DNA of 64,000 nucleotides from a virus (Duplodnaviria; Caudoviricetes): IMG/VR virus record IMGVR_UViG_2859895461_000003, positions 1 to 64,000 of that record; one strand, 5' to 3'. Shown piece by piece: positions 1 to 9,448 of this stretch (position 1 is its first letter; each line of letters starts with the position of its first letter). The notes under the pieces were generated by a model. It saw only the letters and a program-made list of their open reading frames with translations, ran no database searches and was not told where the DNA came from. The position numbers and the translations under genes were made by a program.

Positions 1-222
1 GTGCTGGTTATCTATAGCTTTTTATTTTTTAATACTAATTCTATGGTAAGACGTAAAAGAGCTTTTGATGAAATAAGCAATTTAGCTAAAATTGATAATA
101 CAGAAAGTATTATTGCTATTATTTTAAAACATAGTCAATATATAAAATAAAGTGTTTACTTTTTATATATGTGTCTATAATATAGATAAATTTTCAAATT
201 TTAATATAGGAGAGAATTAAAT

Positions 223-1061
223 ATGAGCTTTTCTATGAATTATTTAGATTTAAAGGAAACTGTACAAAACTCTGAAGAATTAAAAGGTGGAAAGCAGTGT
301 GAAAATATAGACTTTAGTACTTTAAAAATAGAATCTTCTCTGCTAAAATTGCTGCCAGAGCATATTTGCAGGAAATATAATATATTACCCTTAAAAATAA
401 TTGGCGAACAATTGTATATAGCATCTTCAAATTACTTAAAAGAAGATGCTTTATATAAAATATCCTTTATTACGGGTAAAAATATAAAAATAGTTCTTTG
501 TAATAAAGAAGATATTTTAGGGGCTATAAAGAGATTTTATACAAACTATGAAGGAAAATATAATGTTAAAGGAATAAAGGAAGAAAAAACTATATCCTAT
601 GAAGAAAATAAAGAAAAAAATTTAGAAGGCCCTATAATAAAGTTAACAGATTCTATAATAGAAGAGGCTGTTTGGAGAAAGGCTAGTGATATACATATAG
701 AACCATTCAAAGATTTTGCTTTAATAAGATTTAGAATAGATGGCATTTTAATAGAATTCAAAAAAATATCCAAAAAAATTTACACTTCTATTTGCACTCG
801 TATAAAAATAATGAGTTATATGAACATAGCAGAAAAAAATATTCCCCAGGATGGTAAAATACAAAACAATTATAGAGAAAATAATGACTTTAGAGTATCT
901 ACATTGCCCACAGTATACGGTGAAAAATTAGTGATAAGAATACTATATAAAAATGAAAAAATAGCAGATTTAAAATCTTTAGGATTTTTAAAAGAAGATA
1001 GAAAAAATATAGAAAAAATGCTTAAAAAGCCTAATGGATTAATTTTGATTAGTGGTCCGAC
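223..1061 (+). pseudogene. pilB: PilB/GspE-family type IV pilus/T2SS ATPase, 5' part, interrupted at Walker A by the prophage
   Basis: Motifs ASDIHIEP, RFRIDG, PQDG, DFRVSTLPTVYGEKLVIRIL, GLILISGPT; then unrelated residues. The missing GSGK codons are at 58326-58337. Confidence 0.9.
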
Positions 1062-1088
1062 TGCTCGTGAAACAGAATTGCGACATTT
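1051..1088. other. attL (core AC at 1060-1061)
   Basis: Host AGTGGTCCG-AC then phage arm TGCTCGTGAAACAGAATTGCGACATTT; TTGCGACATTT (1078-1088) and TCGTG are exact inverses of motifs in attR. Confidence 0.9.
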
Positions 1089-1112
1089 CACCAGCAGTTT
1101 CCAGGCCTTTTT

Positions 1113-2714
1113 TTATTTTTTTTTACGCTTACCAAAGAAAATTATTTCTAATTCGCCAGTATCAGCATCCCAATAGATAGAATCTACTATAGACGATATT
1201 AAATATTTTTTTTGATTGTTATCAGCATTATCCATCAAATCACTAAATTTAGTAAGATTATTAATTATTAATTCTAAATCTACTTCCGTCATTTCAGCAT
1301 CTTTATTTTTATCGTTAAGTTCTTTTAACTTAGATTTTAATTCTTCAGTTTCTTTACTGATTTTTTCGATTTCTTCTATAATATATTTAGAAGCTATACT
1401 GGTTTCATTCTTAGATAACTGTTTAACCAAGTTCTGAATAGAGCTTTCATTATCAGTTATTTTTTTGCTTAAAATCTCAATTTCGCTTTTGTTAGATGAA
1501 GTTTTAAGTTCATTCTGTGTTTTTTTAAATTCTTGAACTAACATACCTTTATTTTTTGTTAGTTCTTTAATTTTATTTATTATAGTTTGTTCAGCTTTAG
1601 CACCATTAAGATTTTTGTTCTCACATCTAGTCCCGCCAGAAGCGAATTTCATATCGCAAGCATAATAGTGCTTTTTCTCTCCAGCTTTATTAGTACGGCC
1701 ATATGTAATTCTCATAGGAGAACCACACTTTTTACATCTAATTAATCCTGTTAGTAAGGCAACTTTAGAAGTGCCCATAGCTTTTTTAAAACCATTTTGG
1801 TCTAAAGTCTTTTGTATAGCTAGCCATCTAGTAGCATCTATTATACCTTCATGATTACTAATAGCAGCTATCCATTCTGATTTATCTTTTTGTTTACCTC
1901 TTTTATCCTTCTTATTGTAAACTAATATTCCATTTTTATTATTACCTTTACCGACTACATTTATTTCCTTAGATTCCAAATAGTCTAATACTTTCCTATC
2001 AGCCTTAACGTAAATAGGATTTCTTAAAATATCAGCTAAAACCCTCATGCTATAATCATTTCCATTTTGAGTTTTAATGTTATTTTGAAGAAAGTATTTT
2101 CTAAGCTTATGTATAGATCCTAATTCTTCATATTTATCATAAATGAATTTTATAAATTCTAATTCTCCTTCTACGGGAGTAAGTTGTACTAAGCTTCTTT
2201 CTTTAAAGTTTTCATCTAAGTAAATTATTCTTTCACTGTTGAATCCAATTGGAGGATTACCGCCTAGCCAACGACCAGTTTTAGCTAGTTCTAACATATT
2301 GTCTCTTACACGCTCTGCAATTGTCTCTCTTTCAAGCTGCGCAAATACAGAGGCTATATACATCATAGCACGTCCCATAGGTGTAGATGTATCAAACTGT
2401 TCTCTAATACTCATAAATCCAATAGAAAGGTTCTGAAGCTCATTTATAAGGTTAGAGAAGTCTGCTATGTTCCTACTTATTCTATCAAGCCTATAACATA
2501 TTAGTACATCAAATTTTTTAGCCTTTGCATCTAGTAACATTTTTTGAAATTTAGGTCTCTCTGTATTACCACCAGAAAAACCCTCATCTTCATATATTTC
2601 ATATTCTGTTATTCCAACAGTTTTTGCATGCTCTATACACATTTGAACTTGATTTTCAATAGATTCACCTTTACCAGTAAATTTACTTTTTCTACTATAT
2701 ATTGCTGCCTTCAT
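1113..2714 (-). CDS. Large serine integrase
   Basis: AAIYSRKS catalytic Ser, DRISR, recombinase domain, zinc ribbon (CKKCG...YYAC...RC), coiled coil; adjacent to attL. Confidence 0.95.
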   Translation of the reverse strand: MKAAIYSRKSKFTGKGESIENQVQMCIEHAKTVGITEYEIYEDEGFSGGNTERPKFQKMLLDAKAKKFDVLICYRLDRISRNIADFSNLINELQNLSIGFMSIREQFDTSTPMGRAMMYIASVFAQLERETIAERVRDNMLELAKTGRWLGGNPPIGFNSERIIYLDENFKERSLVQLTPVEGELEFIKFIYDKYEELGSIHKLRKYFLQNNIKTQNGNDYSMRVLADILRNPIYVKADRKVLDYLESKEINVVGKGNNKNGILVYNKKDKRGKQKDKSEWIAAISNHEGIIDATRWLAIQKTLDQNGFKKAMGTSKVALLTGLIRCKKCGSPMRITYGRTNKAGEKKHYYACDMKFASGGTRCENKNLNGAKAEQTIINKIKELTKNKGMLVQEFKKTQNELKTSSNKSEIEILSKKITDNESSIQNLVKQLSKNETSIASKYIIEEIEKISKETEELKSKLKELNDKNKDAEMTEVDLELIINNLTKFSDLMDNADNNQKKYLISSIVDSIYWDADTGELEIIFFGKRKKK

Positions 2715-2965
2715 TAGTATTCCTCCTCACAAACACATTTCCATCTCTTATTACATTTACTACATTCTATTGTACAACGTATAAGTAGTCGAGGACAAAC
2801 ATCTAATTCTTTTGCAATACGATATAGCATTCTTACAGTTGGGCTTTTTAATTCTCTTTCTACAGCGGATAAGTAACTTTGACTAATACCTATTCTTTTA
2901 GCAAGTTTATTTTGACTTATAAAATTTTTCTTTCTGTAATTTTCGACGTTTATCTTATGTTCCAT
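2714..2965 (-). CDS. XRE-family HTH protein with Cys-rich C-terminus, coupled to the integrase (candidate regulator/RDF)
   Basis: SQNKLAKRIGISQSYLSAVERE HTH; stop overlaps integrase ATG (TAATG); AAGGAG RBS. Confidence 0.8.
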   Translation of the reverse strand: MEHKINVENYRKKNFISQNKLAKRIGISQSYLSAVERELKSPTVRMLYRIAKELDVCPRLLIRCTIECSKCNKRWKCVCEEEY

Positions 2966-3080
2966 AGTTCTCCTTTCCCAATTAACAACTATTTTTATTA
3001 TTACTTATAGAGCTATTTAAATGCACTATAAAATTAATACCATAATTTTATAGTTTGTCCAACTATGTAAATTCTTATAT

Positions 3081-3108
3081 AAAACTAGCTCGAGCGGAGC
3101 TAACTTTT
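3081..3108. promoter_or_regulatory. Palindromic operator TAGCTC-N5-GAGCTA
   Basis: AAAACTAGCTCGAGCGGAGCTAACTTTT between divergent genes. Confidence 0.5.
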
Positions 3109-3136
3109 AGGTTTATAATATTTATTGTACAAGCAC

Positions 3137-3185
3137 TTGAAAACAATTTTCAAAAGGTTTATTATCAAATCAGAACACATGTTCG
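3137..3185 (+). promoter_or_regulatory. sigA-type promoter with overlapping LexA/DinR (SOS) box
   Basis: TTGAAA(3137)-17 bp-TATTAT(3160); AGAACACATGTTCG (3172-3185) matches the Firmicute GAAC-N4-GTTC consensus. Confidence 0.75.
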
Positions 3186-3249
3186 TGTAAAGATAAAACA
3201 AAAGTGATAATTATAAAATTAGCCCATAAGGGATATAGGGGGAATTAAA

Positions 3250-3387
3250 ATGGTTAAGGCAGAAACTATAAAAAGTACAAAAGAATATGCTGATATAAAA
3301 AAAGATATTGTTAAAATTTTTAATAAAATTAATAAAGATAAATTATTTGAATTGCATAAATATATAGAGTTAAAAAAGAAACTATAG
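3250..3387 (+). CDS. 45-aa protein downstream of the SOS box (not in ORF track)
   Basis: AGGGGGAA RBS; MVKAETIKSTKEYADIKKDIVKIFNKINKDKLFELHKYIELKKKL. Confidence 0.6.
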   Translation: MVKAETIKSTKEYADIKKDIVKIFNKINKDKLFELHKYIELKKKL

Positions 3388-3403
3388 GGCATATAATATT
3401 GTC

Positions 3404-4969
3404 CTATAGTATAAGTTTTAGAAATAATATTATAATAATGATTATTATAGTAGTAGTTAAGCAACCTGATTTGTTATTTCTACCAACATTAGTATCAGAA
3501 ACAGAACTACAAGTTACGTCTGTACCATCATTAGTATCAAAAGAAGAATGAGAAGTTATGTCCGTATCATTAGTATCAGAATCATAACTATAAGTTATAT
3601 CTGCATTATCGCTAGTATTAGGAGAAGAATCATAAGTTATTAAATCATTTTCTTTGCTAGTATATTTAGGTTCTATATTAACTTTAATCCCATAAGTTAT
3701 AGAGGGAGGGTTAGATATAGTATCTGAGGTTGGCGAAGTACTATCACCTATTCTTTGCCAAGCTTCATTAGTTTGCGGGTTTATAGTGTCTGGCAATTGA
3801 GTTAATACTTCTTTTATTTTGTCTAATGAAAAACAAGGACATAACTTATAGGGCTGAGAATATTGAATTATTCTCTTAAGAATAGTTTCTTTGTCCACAT
3901 GCCATATACCAGATGTATCAAATATTCCAAAATTCCACCATGGATTATTATATCTACTTATTTGAATTCTATGACAACCAAATGGGTTGCCAGTCATATA
4001 ACTAGCCCCATAACAAAAATCAGGATTCCCAGAACGACATTTGTCTCCATAGCAATAATTGAGTCCACCAATTATTTTACGATCAATAACTTGTCCATTT
4101 ATAATTACAAAACAGGATTTCCACTTACTTACAAGCTCATATAATTTAATGAATTGTAAATATTCATTAGAATTATGTGAATAAACTGCTTGGTGAAGTA
4201 TTTTGCCTTCAATTTCATTTTCTATATACTGGGGAGCCATTTTAGCTAATGCTACAGCTTGAGGAAAGTTTTTAGAAGTTGATTTTCCAAAAGATATACT
4301 TACATACCAATCAGGAAATTTTATATTTTCATGACTTTTTAGGTTGTTATCTTGAGGAACAACTTTAATATCTTTAAGAACCTCTTGTTTTTTATTTTCA
4401 ATTTTATTAGTTGTTTGACAATTTTTATTTAATTTTCTTACTAGCCTATTTTTTCTATATTCAAAATCTTTCTTAGGAAAATGTAAGCTATTTTCTTGTT
4501 GATTCTTTATTGCCAAATCACATACTTTTATAGATTCATCATAGCGTTTAAGTTTTTCTAATAATATGGCTGGTCTTTCATAGTAGATGGAGCCTTCAGG
4601 AATATAATTAGTTAATATTTCAAAATATTTTTCCAGAGCAAGTTCAGATAAATTCCCTTTTTCTAGAGAACATGCAGATTCATATAAAGCATAAATTTTA
4701 GTATGTTCTAATATTTTTTTGATATTATTCAATTCAAGCTCATCAATGTTAGAATTGAAAAATCTCTCGTATAAAGAATCATATCCCTTAGTTCTAGAGT
4801 ACTCATATATTTCAGATGCTAACTTCAAAGCATTTTCACAAGGTTCAATTTTTTCAAAACTTAGTGATTCAGGAGAATGAATTTTGTCTTTTAGAGATTC
4901 TAAATTTTCTTTCATAGTACTATATTTTTTATCGTTTGATATAATGTCTATAAATTCACTATTATTCAA
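3404..4969 (-). CDS. Membrane-anchored hypothetical protein (TPR-like N-terminus, Cys-rich core, Ser/Asp/Thr repeats, C-terminal TM helix)
   Basis: 521-aa ORF with AAGGAG RBS; TPR-like YERPAILLEKLKRYDESIKVCDLAI; C-terminal SGCLTTTIIIIIIILFLKLIL. Confidence 0.7.
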   Translation of the reverse strand: MNNSEFIDIISNDKKYSTMKENLESLKDKIHSPESLSFEKIEPCENALKLASEIYEYSRTKGYDSLYERFFNSNIDELELNNIKKILEHTKIYALYESACSLEKGNLSELALEKYFEILTNYIPEGSIYYERPAILLEKLKRYDESIKVCDLAIKNQQENSLHFPKKDFEYRKNRLVRKLNKNCQTTNKIENKKQEVLKDIKVVPQDNNLKSHENIKFPDWYVSISFGKSTSKNFPQAVALAKMAPQYIENEIEGKILHQAVYSHNSNEYLQFIKLYELVSKWKSCFVIINGQVIDRKIIGGLNYCYGDKCRSGNPDFCYGASYMTGNPFGCHRIQISRYNNPWWNFGIFDTSGIWHVDKETILKRIIQYSQPYKLCPCFSLDKIKEVLTQLPDTINPQTNEAWQRIGDSTSPTSDTISNPPSITYGIKVNIEPKYTSKENDLITYDSSPNTSDNADITYSYDSDTNDTDITSHSSFDTNDGTDVTCSSVSDTNVGRNNKSGCLTTTIIIIIIILFLKLIL

Positions 4970-5068
4970 ATATAACAGCTCCTTTGCGAGGATTAATAAT
5001 ATACAATTATAGAATATAATTCCTTACAATATTTAAAAATAAAAGAAGGATATTAATTTTTCCTTCTT

Positions 5069-5473
5069 TTATTTTTCTTTATCTATTTCATCAAATATTT
5101 CATTTAGAAGCTTTAATATATTTTGAGGAGTTAAATCTTCTGTTGTTTTAATTTTTTTATGTTTTATCAACAGATCTAAAAACTCTTCTGCAAGTGTTTC
5201 AGCCTCTTCTTTGTTTATTGATGTGTCTTTTTTATTATCTATATTTTTAATGTCTGATCTTCCTAATAAAAAATCTACTGATACATTGAAATAATTAGCG
5301 AAAGCATTTAAGGCTTCTATTTCTGGTATTCTTTTATCATTTTCATATTGAGAGACAGCAGATTTAGTAAATCCATAATGATATTTTTTATTAAAGTCGT
5401 CTATTAGTTCTTGTTGCTTTAAATTTTTTTCTAATCTTAGCATTTTAAATCTTTTGCCAAATGTAGAAGACAT
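5069..5473 (-). CDS. CI-like phage repressor (XRE HTH, no S24 peptidase domain)
   Basis: FGKRFKMLR...SAVSQYENDKRIP...YFNVSVDFLLGR; divergent from the Cro-like gene. Confidence 0.85.
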   Translation of the reverse strand: MSSTFGKRFKMLRLEKNLKQQELIDDFNKKYHYGFTKSAVSQYENDKRIPEIEALNAFANYFNVSVDFLLGRSDIKNIDNKKDTSINKEEAETLAEEFLDLLIKHKKIKTTEDLTPQNILKLLNEIFDEIDKEK

Positions 5474-5509
5474 ATTTAAACACCTCTTTCATTACTACAA
5501 TTTTAAAAC

Positions 5510-5635
5510 AAATTAACACTAATAGAAACAAAGTTAACAACAAAGGTATAATTTTTATTAAAAAGTTTAAAATATATATTGACAGTTTCGTTTGTGTTAA
5601 TTATAATAAGAATATAAAGTTAACACGAACAGAAC
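5510..5635 (+). promoter_or_regulatory. Early lytic promoter with operator repeats
   Basis: TTGACA(5579)-17 bp-TATAAT(5602); repeated TTAACA(C) half-sites; near-inverted pair GTTTCGTTTGTGTTAA / TTAACACGAACAGAAC. Confidence 0.8.
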
Positions 5636-5650
5636 AAGGGAGGTGATTAC

Positions 5651-5884
5651 GTGATTAGTACTCAAATGCTCAAAGGATTAAGAGCACAAAATAATTTAAC
5701 ACAAGAAGATATGGCTAAATTAATTGATACCTCAGTACAAACTTATAATAGAAAAGAACTTGGCAAAAGAGAATTTACTCTTACAGAAGCTAAAAAAATA
5801 GCAGATTATTTTAGTAAAAGTGTAGATGAAATTTTTTTTAGAAAAAAAGTTAACATAAATAAAACTTTATCTAATACAGCTTAG
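5651..5884 (+). CDS. Cro-like HTH regulator
   Basis: LTQEDMAKLIDTSVQTYNRKELGKREF; strong RBS. Confidence 0.85.
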   Translation: MISTQMLKGLRAQNNLTQEDMAKLIDTSVQTYNRKELGKREFTLTEAKKIADYFSKSVDEIFFRKKVNINKTLSNTA

Positions 5885-5936
5885 TACTAGTTTGTGCACT
5901 TCTAAAAAAATTAAATAGGGAAACGGAGGATGTAGG

Positions 5937-6725
5937 GTGAGTAACTTACAGATTTTTAAAAACCAACAGCTTATACCATTACAATCAAATAAAAATGGTG
6001 AAGTAATAATAAGTGGCAGAAAAATTCATGAGTTTTTAGAAATAAGAACTCAATATACAAAGTGGTTTGAGAGAATGAAAGAATATGGTTTTATTGAAAA
6101 TCAGGACTTTGCAACTATTAGTCAAAAAAGACTAACAGCTCAAGGTAATGAAACTACTTATACAGATCACGGCATCAAATTAGATATGGCGAAAGAGTTA
6201 GCAATGATACAAAGAAATGAAAAAGGAAAGCAAGCAAGACAATATTTTATAGCGGTAGAAAAAGCATGGAATAGTCCTGAAATGATAATGAAAAGAGCTT
6301 TAGAAATTGCTAATAGAAATGTACAAAATTTAAAACTAGAGAATGAAGAACAAAAGCAGCAGCTAAAAAAGCAAAAGCCAAAAGTATTATTTGCAGATGC
6401 AGTATCAGTTGCACACACATCGATCCTAGTAGGAGATCTAGCAAAATTAATTAAACAAAATGGTGTAGATATAGGTGGTAAAAGATTATTTGTATGGTTA
6501 AGGGAAAATGGATACTTAATTAAAAGAAAAGGTACAGATTATAATATGCCAACTCAGTACAGTATGGATCTAGGATTATTTGAAGTTAAGGAAACATCCA
6601 TTACACATTCAGATGGGCATATAAGTATAAGTAAGACCCCAAAAATTACAGGAAAAGGCCAGATATATTTTATAAATAAGTTTATACAAAAACAAGCTGA
6701 AAATGAAGTAGCTTGTACTAAATAG
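5937..6725 (+). CDS. Phage antirepressor (AntA N-terminal + KilAC/ANT C-terminal)
   Basis: GKQARQYFIAVEKAWNSPEMIMKRAL, KPKVLFADAV, TPKITGKGQIYF. Confidence 0.9.
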   Translation: MSNLQIFKNQQLIPLQSNKNGEVIISGRKIHEFLEIRTQYTKWFERMKEYGFIENQDFATISQKRLTAQGNETTYTDHGIKLDMAKELAMIQRNEKGKQARQYFIAVEKAWNSPEMIMKRALEIANRNVQNLKLENEEQKQQLKKQKPKVLFADAVSVAHTSILVGDLAKLIKQNGVDIGGKRLFVWLRENGYLIKRKGTDYNMPTQYSMDLGLFEVKETSITHSDGHISISKTPKITGKGQIYFINKFIQKQAENEVACTK

Positions 6726-6837
6726 TAGGGTAAGAAAGATGAAAATTAAGAATTAAAAAAAATGAATAAGAAAAGCCAAATCAATACTTTCGATTTTGGA
6801 GAGGATGAGTATTGATTCAGCTAAAGAACTTACAAAA

Positions 6838-7029
6838 TTATTTAGTTTTTAATTTTTTATAAGTAGATCTAAGATCTTCATAAACTTTCATATATTCTTT
6901 TATTAAGTCACTAGGACTAGATTTAGAAAACTTAAAGTTTTTTTCTAAGTACATCATGGTTAAGTCGTGATACTTCTGAGTTATAGAAGGATAATAAGCG
7001 GCATGATCTGAGACACAATTATTACTCAT
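6838..7029 (-). CDS. Small counter-oriented moron protein
   Basis: AAAGGTGG RBS before ATG 7029; own sigH-like promoter (7057-7081) and terminator hairpin (~6775-6822). Confidence 0.6.
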   Translation of the reverse strand: MSNNCVSDHAAYYPSITQKYHDLTMMYLEKNFKFSKSSPSDLIKEYMKVYEDLRSTYKKLKTK

Positions 7030-7048
7030 AATATTCACCACCTTTCAC

Positions 7049-7288
7049 TTGTTAATATTCGACAAAAATGTAAAAAAGCCTTTAGGAGGTAATAGTATGG
7101 AAGATATAAAGCTAGCTATTACACAAGAAAAAAGAGAAGAAACAATAGATAAAATATTAGAGCTTATAGAAGAAGAGTTTAGAGGAATAGATATTACAGC
7201 AATATTTACTAAAAAGTTATTAGAAGATACTATAAAAACTTTAGAAAATAGGTGTATGGAAACAGTGCTTAGATTTATTAACAAATAA
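7049..7288 (+). CDS. Hypothetical phage protein (likely start MEDIK after AGGAGG)
   Basis: ORF track plus RBS. Confidence 0.6.
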   Translation: MLIFDKNVKKPLGGNSMEDIKLAITQEKREETIDKILELIEEEFRGIDITAIFTKKLLEDTIKTLENRCMETVLRFINK

Positions 7289-7310
7289 GTAAAGAAAGGA
7301 GGAACACAAC

Positions 7311-7478
7311 TTGGCAAGAAAGGGCGCAGAAATTAAAAAAGTAACTATTAAAATTCCAGAAGATACAACAATAGAAGAAGTAGAAAAAAAGGCTTGTGCT
7401 GCTTATGCCAAGATTTTATCCGAGATGTATCCTCCAGAGGTTATAGAAAAAATTATAGAAGGCCTAGAAAAAGAATAA
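7311..7478 (+). CDS. Hypothetical 55-aa phage protein
   Basis: AAGGAGG RBS, TTG start, MARKGAEIKKVTIKIPED... Confidence 0.55.
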   Translation: MARKGAEIKKVTIKIPEDTTIEEVEKKACAAYAKILSEMYPPEVIEKIIEGLEKE

Positions 7479-7609
7479 CTATAGATAAGTAAGGCTGAAA
7501 AGTCTTTTTAAAAAATTTTACTACAGCAAAAATGCATATACTTCTCTAGTCTATGTATATGCTAGAACATTGTAAATAGTACCAAAATAAATAATTAGGA
7601 GGAATTGTA

Positions 7610-8095
7610 ATGGCCAAATTATATGAGCTAACTCAAAATTATAACAATCTTTTAGATTTAGTAGATAATCCAGAAGTACAAAAAGAAGTGCTAGAAGAAA
7701 GTTTAAATCAAATACATGAGGAAATGGATATAAAACTAGAAAATGTAGCTAAAGTAATTAAATCTATAGAAGTGGATGCAAAAGGTTTGAAAGAAGAAGA
7801 GAAGAGGTTAGCAGATAGAAGAAAGGCTTTAGAAAATAAAATAGTAAATTTAAAAGAGTATGCTGAAAATTCTATGAGAGCCACAGGCATTACAAAAATA
7901 AAGGGTAAGGTATTTACATTAGGTATACAGAAAAATACCCCTAGAGTTGAGATAACAGAAGAAGAAAGCATACCGGAAGAGTATTTTGAAATTGAGAAGA
8001 AATTAGTTAAAAAATATATATTAGTTGCACTTAAAGAAGGTAAGGAAGTTCCAGGAGCAACTATAAAACAAACAGAGAGCTTAAGAATTAGATAG
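7610..8095 (+). CDS. Siphovirus Gp157-family protein
   Basis: MAKLYEL...EEKRLADRRKALE...IPEEYF...VPGA...SLRIR pattern. Confidence 0.85.
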   Translation: MAKLYELTQNYNNLLDLVDNPEVQKEVLEESLNQIHEEMDIKLENVAKVIKSIEVDAKGLKEEEKRLADRRKALENKIVNLKEYAENSMRATGITKIKGKVFTLGIQKNTPRVEITEEESIPEEYFEIEKKLVKKYILVALKEGKEVPGATIKQTESLRIR

Positions 8096-8106
8096 GAGGA
8101 ATAATT

Positions 8107-8889
8107 ATGGATAATAATCAATTGGAAATAGTTAAAAACAATCAAGTTACTAGCCTTATAGATAGTGTAGATATAGCAACTATACAGGGAACTATGCAAA
8201 AGATAGCAACATTTCAAGCAGTAATTCAAAAAAATTTAAAAGATGGTCATGATTTTGGAGTAGTAGCAGGAGCAGGGAGTAAACCAACACTTTTGAAACC
8301 AGGTGGAGAAAAAATATGTATGATGTTTGGACTTAATCCTGAGTATGAGGTTTTAGAAAGAACAGAGGATTATAAAGATGGATTCTTCGCCTATAACATT
8401 AAATGTACTCTATACAGAAATGGCAATCCAGTAAGTCAAGGTGTTGGTAACTGTAACAGTATGGAAAAGAAATATAGATATATAAGTGTTGATACAGTAC
8501 CAGATGGGATAGATCCTAGCACAGTAGAAAAAGTAACAACAAGATATGGAACTATAAAGTATAAGATACCAAACCCACATATAGCTGATTTAGTAAATAC
8601 AATTTTAAAAATGGCTAAGAAAAGAGCATTTATAGATGCTGTATTACAAGTTGCAAGCTTAAGTGATGTATTTACGCAGGACCTAGAGGAAATGCAAGAG
8701 TTTTTACAACAAGAGCATGTACAAAATATTGATGAAAATAGTGCTGGGAACATTAAAATAAACTTTGGTAAAAATAAAGGAAAAACCTTAGGGGAAATAA
8801 TGAGAGAAACACCAGATTATATAGATTGGCTTATGAAAAATGCTAAAGACCAGGTAATACAAAAAGCTTGCAAAATATTAGGTAGATAA
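8107..8889 (+). CDS. Putative ssDNA-annealing/recombination protein with C-terminal FGKxKG domain; acidic tail appears frameshifted
   Basis: KPTLLKPGGEKI, NTILKMAKKRAFIDAVL, FGKNKGKTLGEI; position after gp157. Confidence 0.55.
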   Translation: MDNNQLEIVKNNQVTSLIDSVDIATIQGTMQKIATFQAVIQKNLKDGHDFGVVAGAGSKPTLLKPGGEKICMMFGLNPEYEVLERTEDYKDGFFAYNIKCTLYRNGNPVSQGVGNCNSMEKKYRYISVDTVPDGIDPSTVEKVTTRYGTIKYKIPNPHIADLVNTILKMAKKRAFIDAVLQVASLSDVFTQDLEEMQEFLQQEHVQNIDENSAGNIKINFGKNKGKTLGEIMRETPDYIDWLMKNAKDQVIQKACKILGR

Positions 8890-8970
8890 AGGATTAAGTA
8901 AAAAAGAAGACATACCAGAAACAAAAGAAGAAGATTTACCACCATTCTTACAAGACCAGGAGGTATAGTT

Positions 8971-9117
8971 ATGGATAAAAGCGATAAAGAAGCATTAGTG
9001 TATCGTTTAAATTGGATCCTAAAATATGCTGAAGAAGAAAAGATAGAGAACATAAAAAATGAAGTGGAAAGCCTTATAGATGAAATAAATCATTATGACT
9101 TAGTAGTTCCATTTTAG
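8971..9117 (+). CDS. Hypothetical 48-aa protein
   Basis: AGGAGG RBS, open frame MDKSDKEALVYRLNW... Confidence 0.5.
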   Translation: MDKSDKEALVYRLNWILKYAEEEKIENIKNEVESLIDEINHYDLVVPF

Positions 9118-9132
9118 GAAGGAGGTTATGGT

Positions 9133-9309
9133 TTGGATAATTCTTTTAAAACTTTAATACAAAGTATAAATGCACAACTGGCTGTACTAAATAAAAATGG
9201 ATATGCAATATATGATGCTGATAATCCAGAATACTTTATAAGTAGTGTAAAATATGACAGCGATAGTGATGAAGTTGTATTTGAAACTATGGAAGATGAA
9301 AGGAAATAG
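9133..9309 (+). CDS. Hypothetical 58-aa protein
   Basis: AAGGAGG RBS, TTG start, open frame. Confidence 0.5.
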   Translation: MDNSFKTLIQSINAQLAVLNKNGYAIYDADNPEYFISSVKYDSDSDEVVFETMEDERK

Positions 9310-9414
9310 GTGCTCTGCAAAGCACCCATTCATTTAAATGTTTCTATAAAAACTGGATAAGAGCACTGCAAAGCTCTTGTCCCCATTATACAACGTGCAA
9401 ACACACTATTTCAA
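9305..9414 (-). ncRNA. Putative antisense sRNA with two hairpins sharing a TTTGCAG loop (range includes its promoter)
   Basis: Minus-strand TTGAAA(9414-9409)-18 bp-TATAAT(9390-9385); plus-strand hairpins GTGCTCTGCAAAGCAC and AAGAGCACTGCAAAGCTCTT. Confidence 0.5.
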
Positions 9415-9448
9415 TATTTAGTATATGACAGAATAGAAAAAATATACA

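Noticed and set aside
1057-1058. Alternative CC crossover core (1057-1058 / 58320-58321)
   Set aside because: Also restores GPTGSGK but gives an asymmetric attP (24 vs 30 bp arms); the AC core gives exact 27/27 symmetry.
1062-1176. C-terminal 38 aa of the 223-1176 ORF
   Set aside because: Read-through into phage DNA antisense to the integrase; not ATPase sequence.
7708-8229. Opposite-strand ORFs inside real genes (e.g. 7708-8229, 39071-39604, 58162-58365, 63727-63936)
   Set aside because: Shadow ORFs of AT-rich coding strands; no RBS or recognisable motifs.
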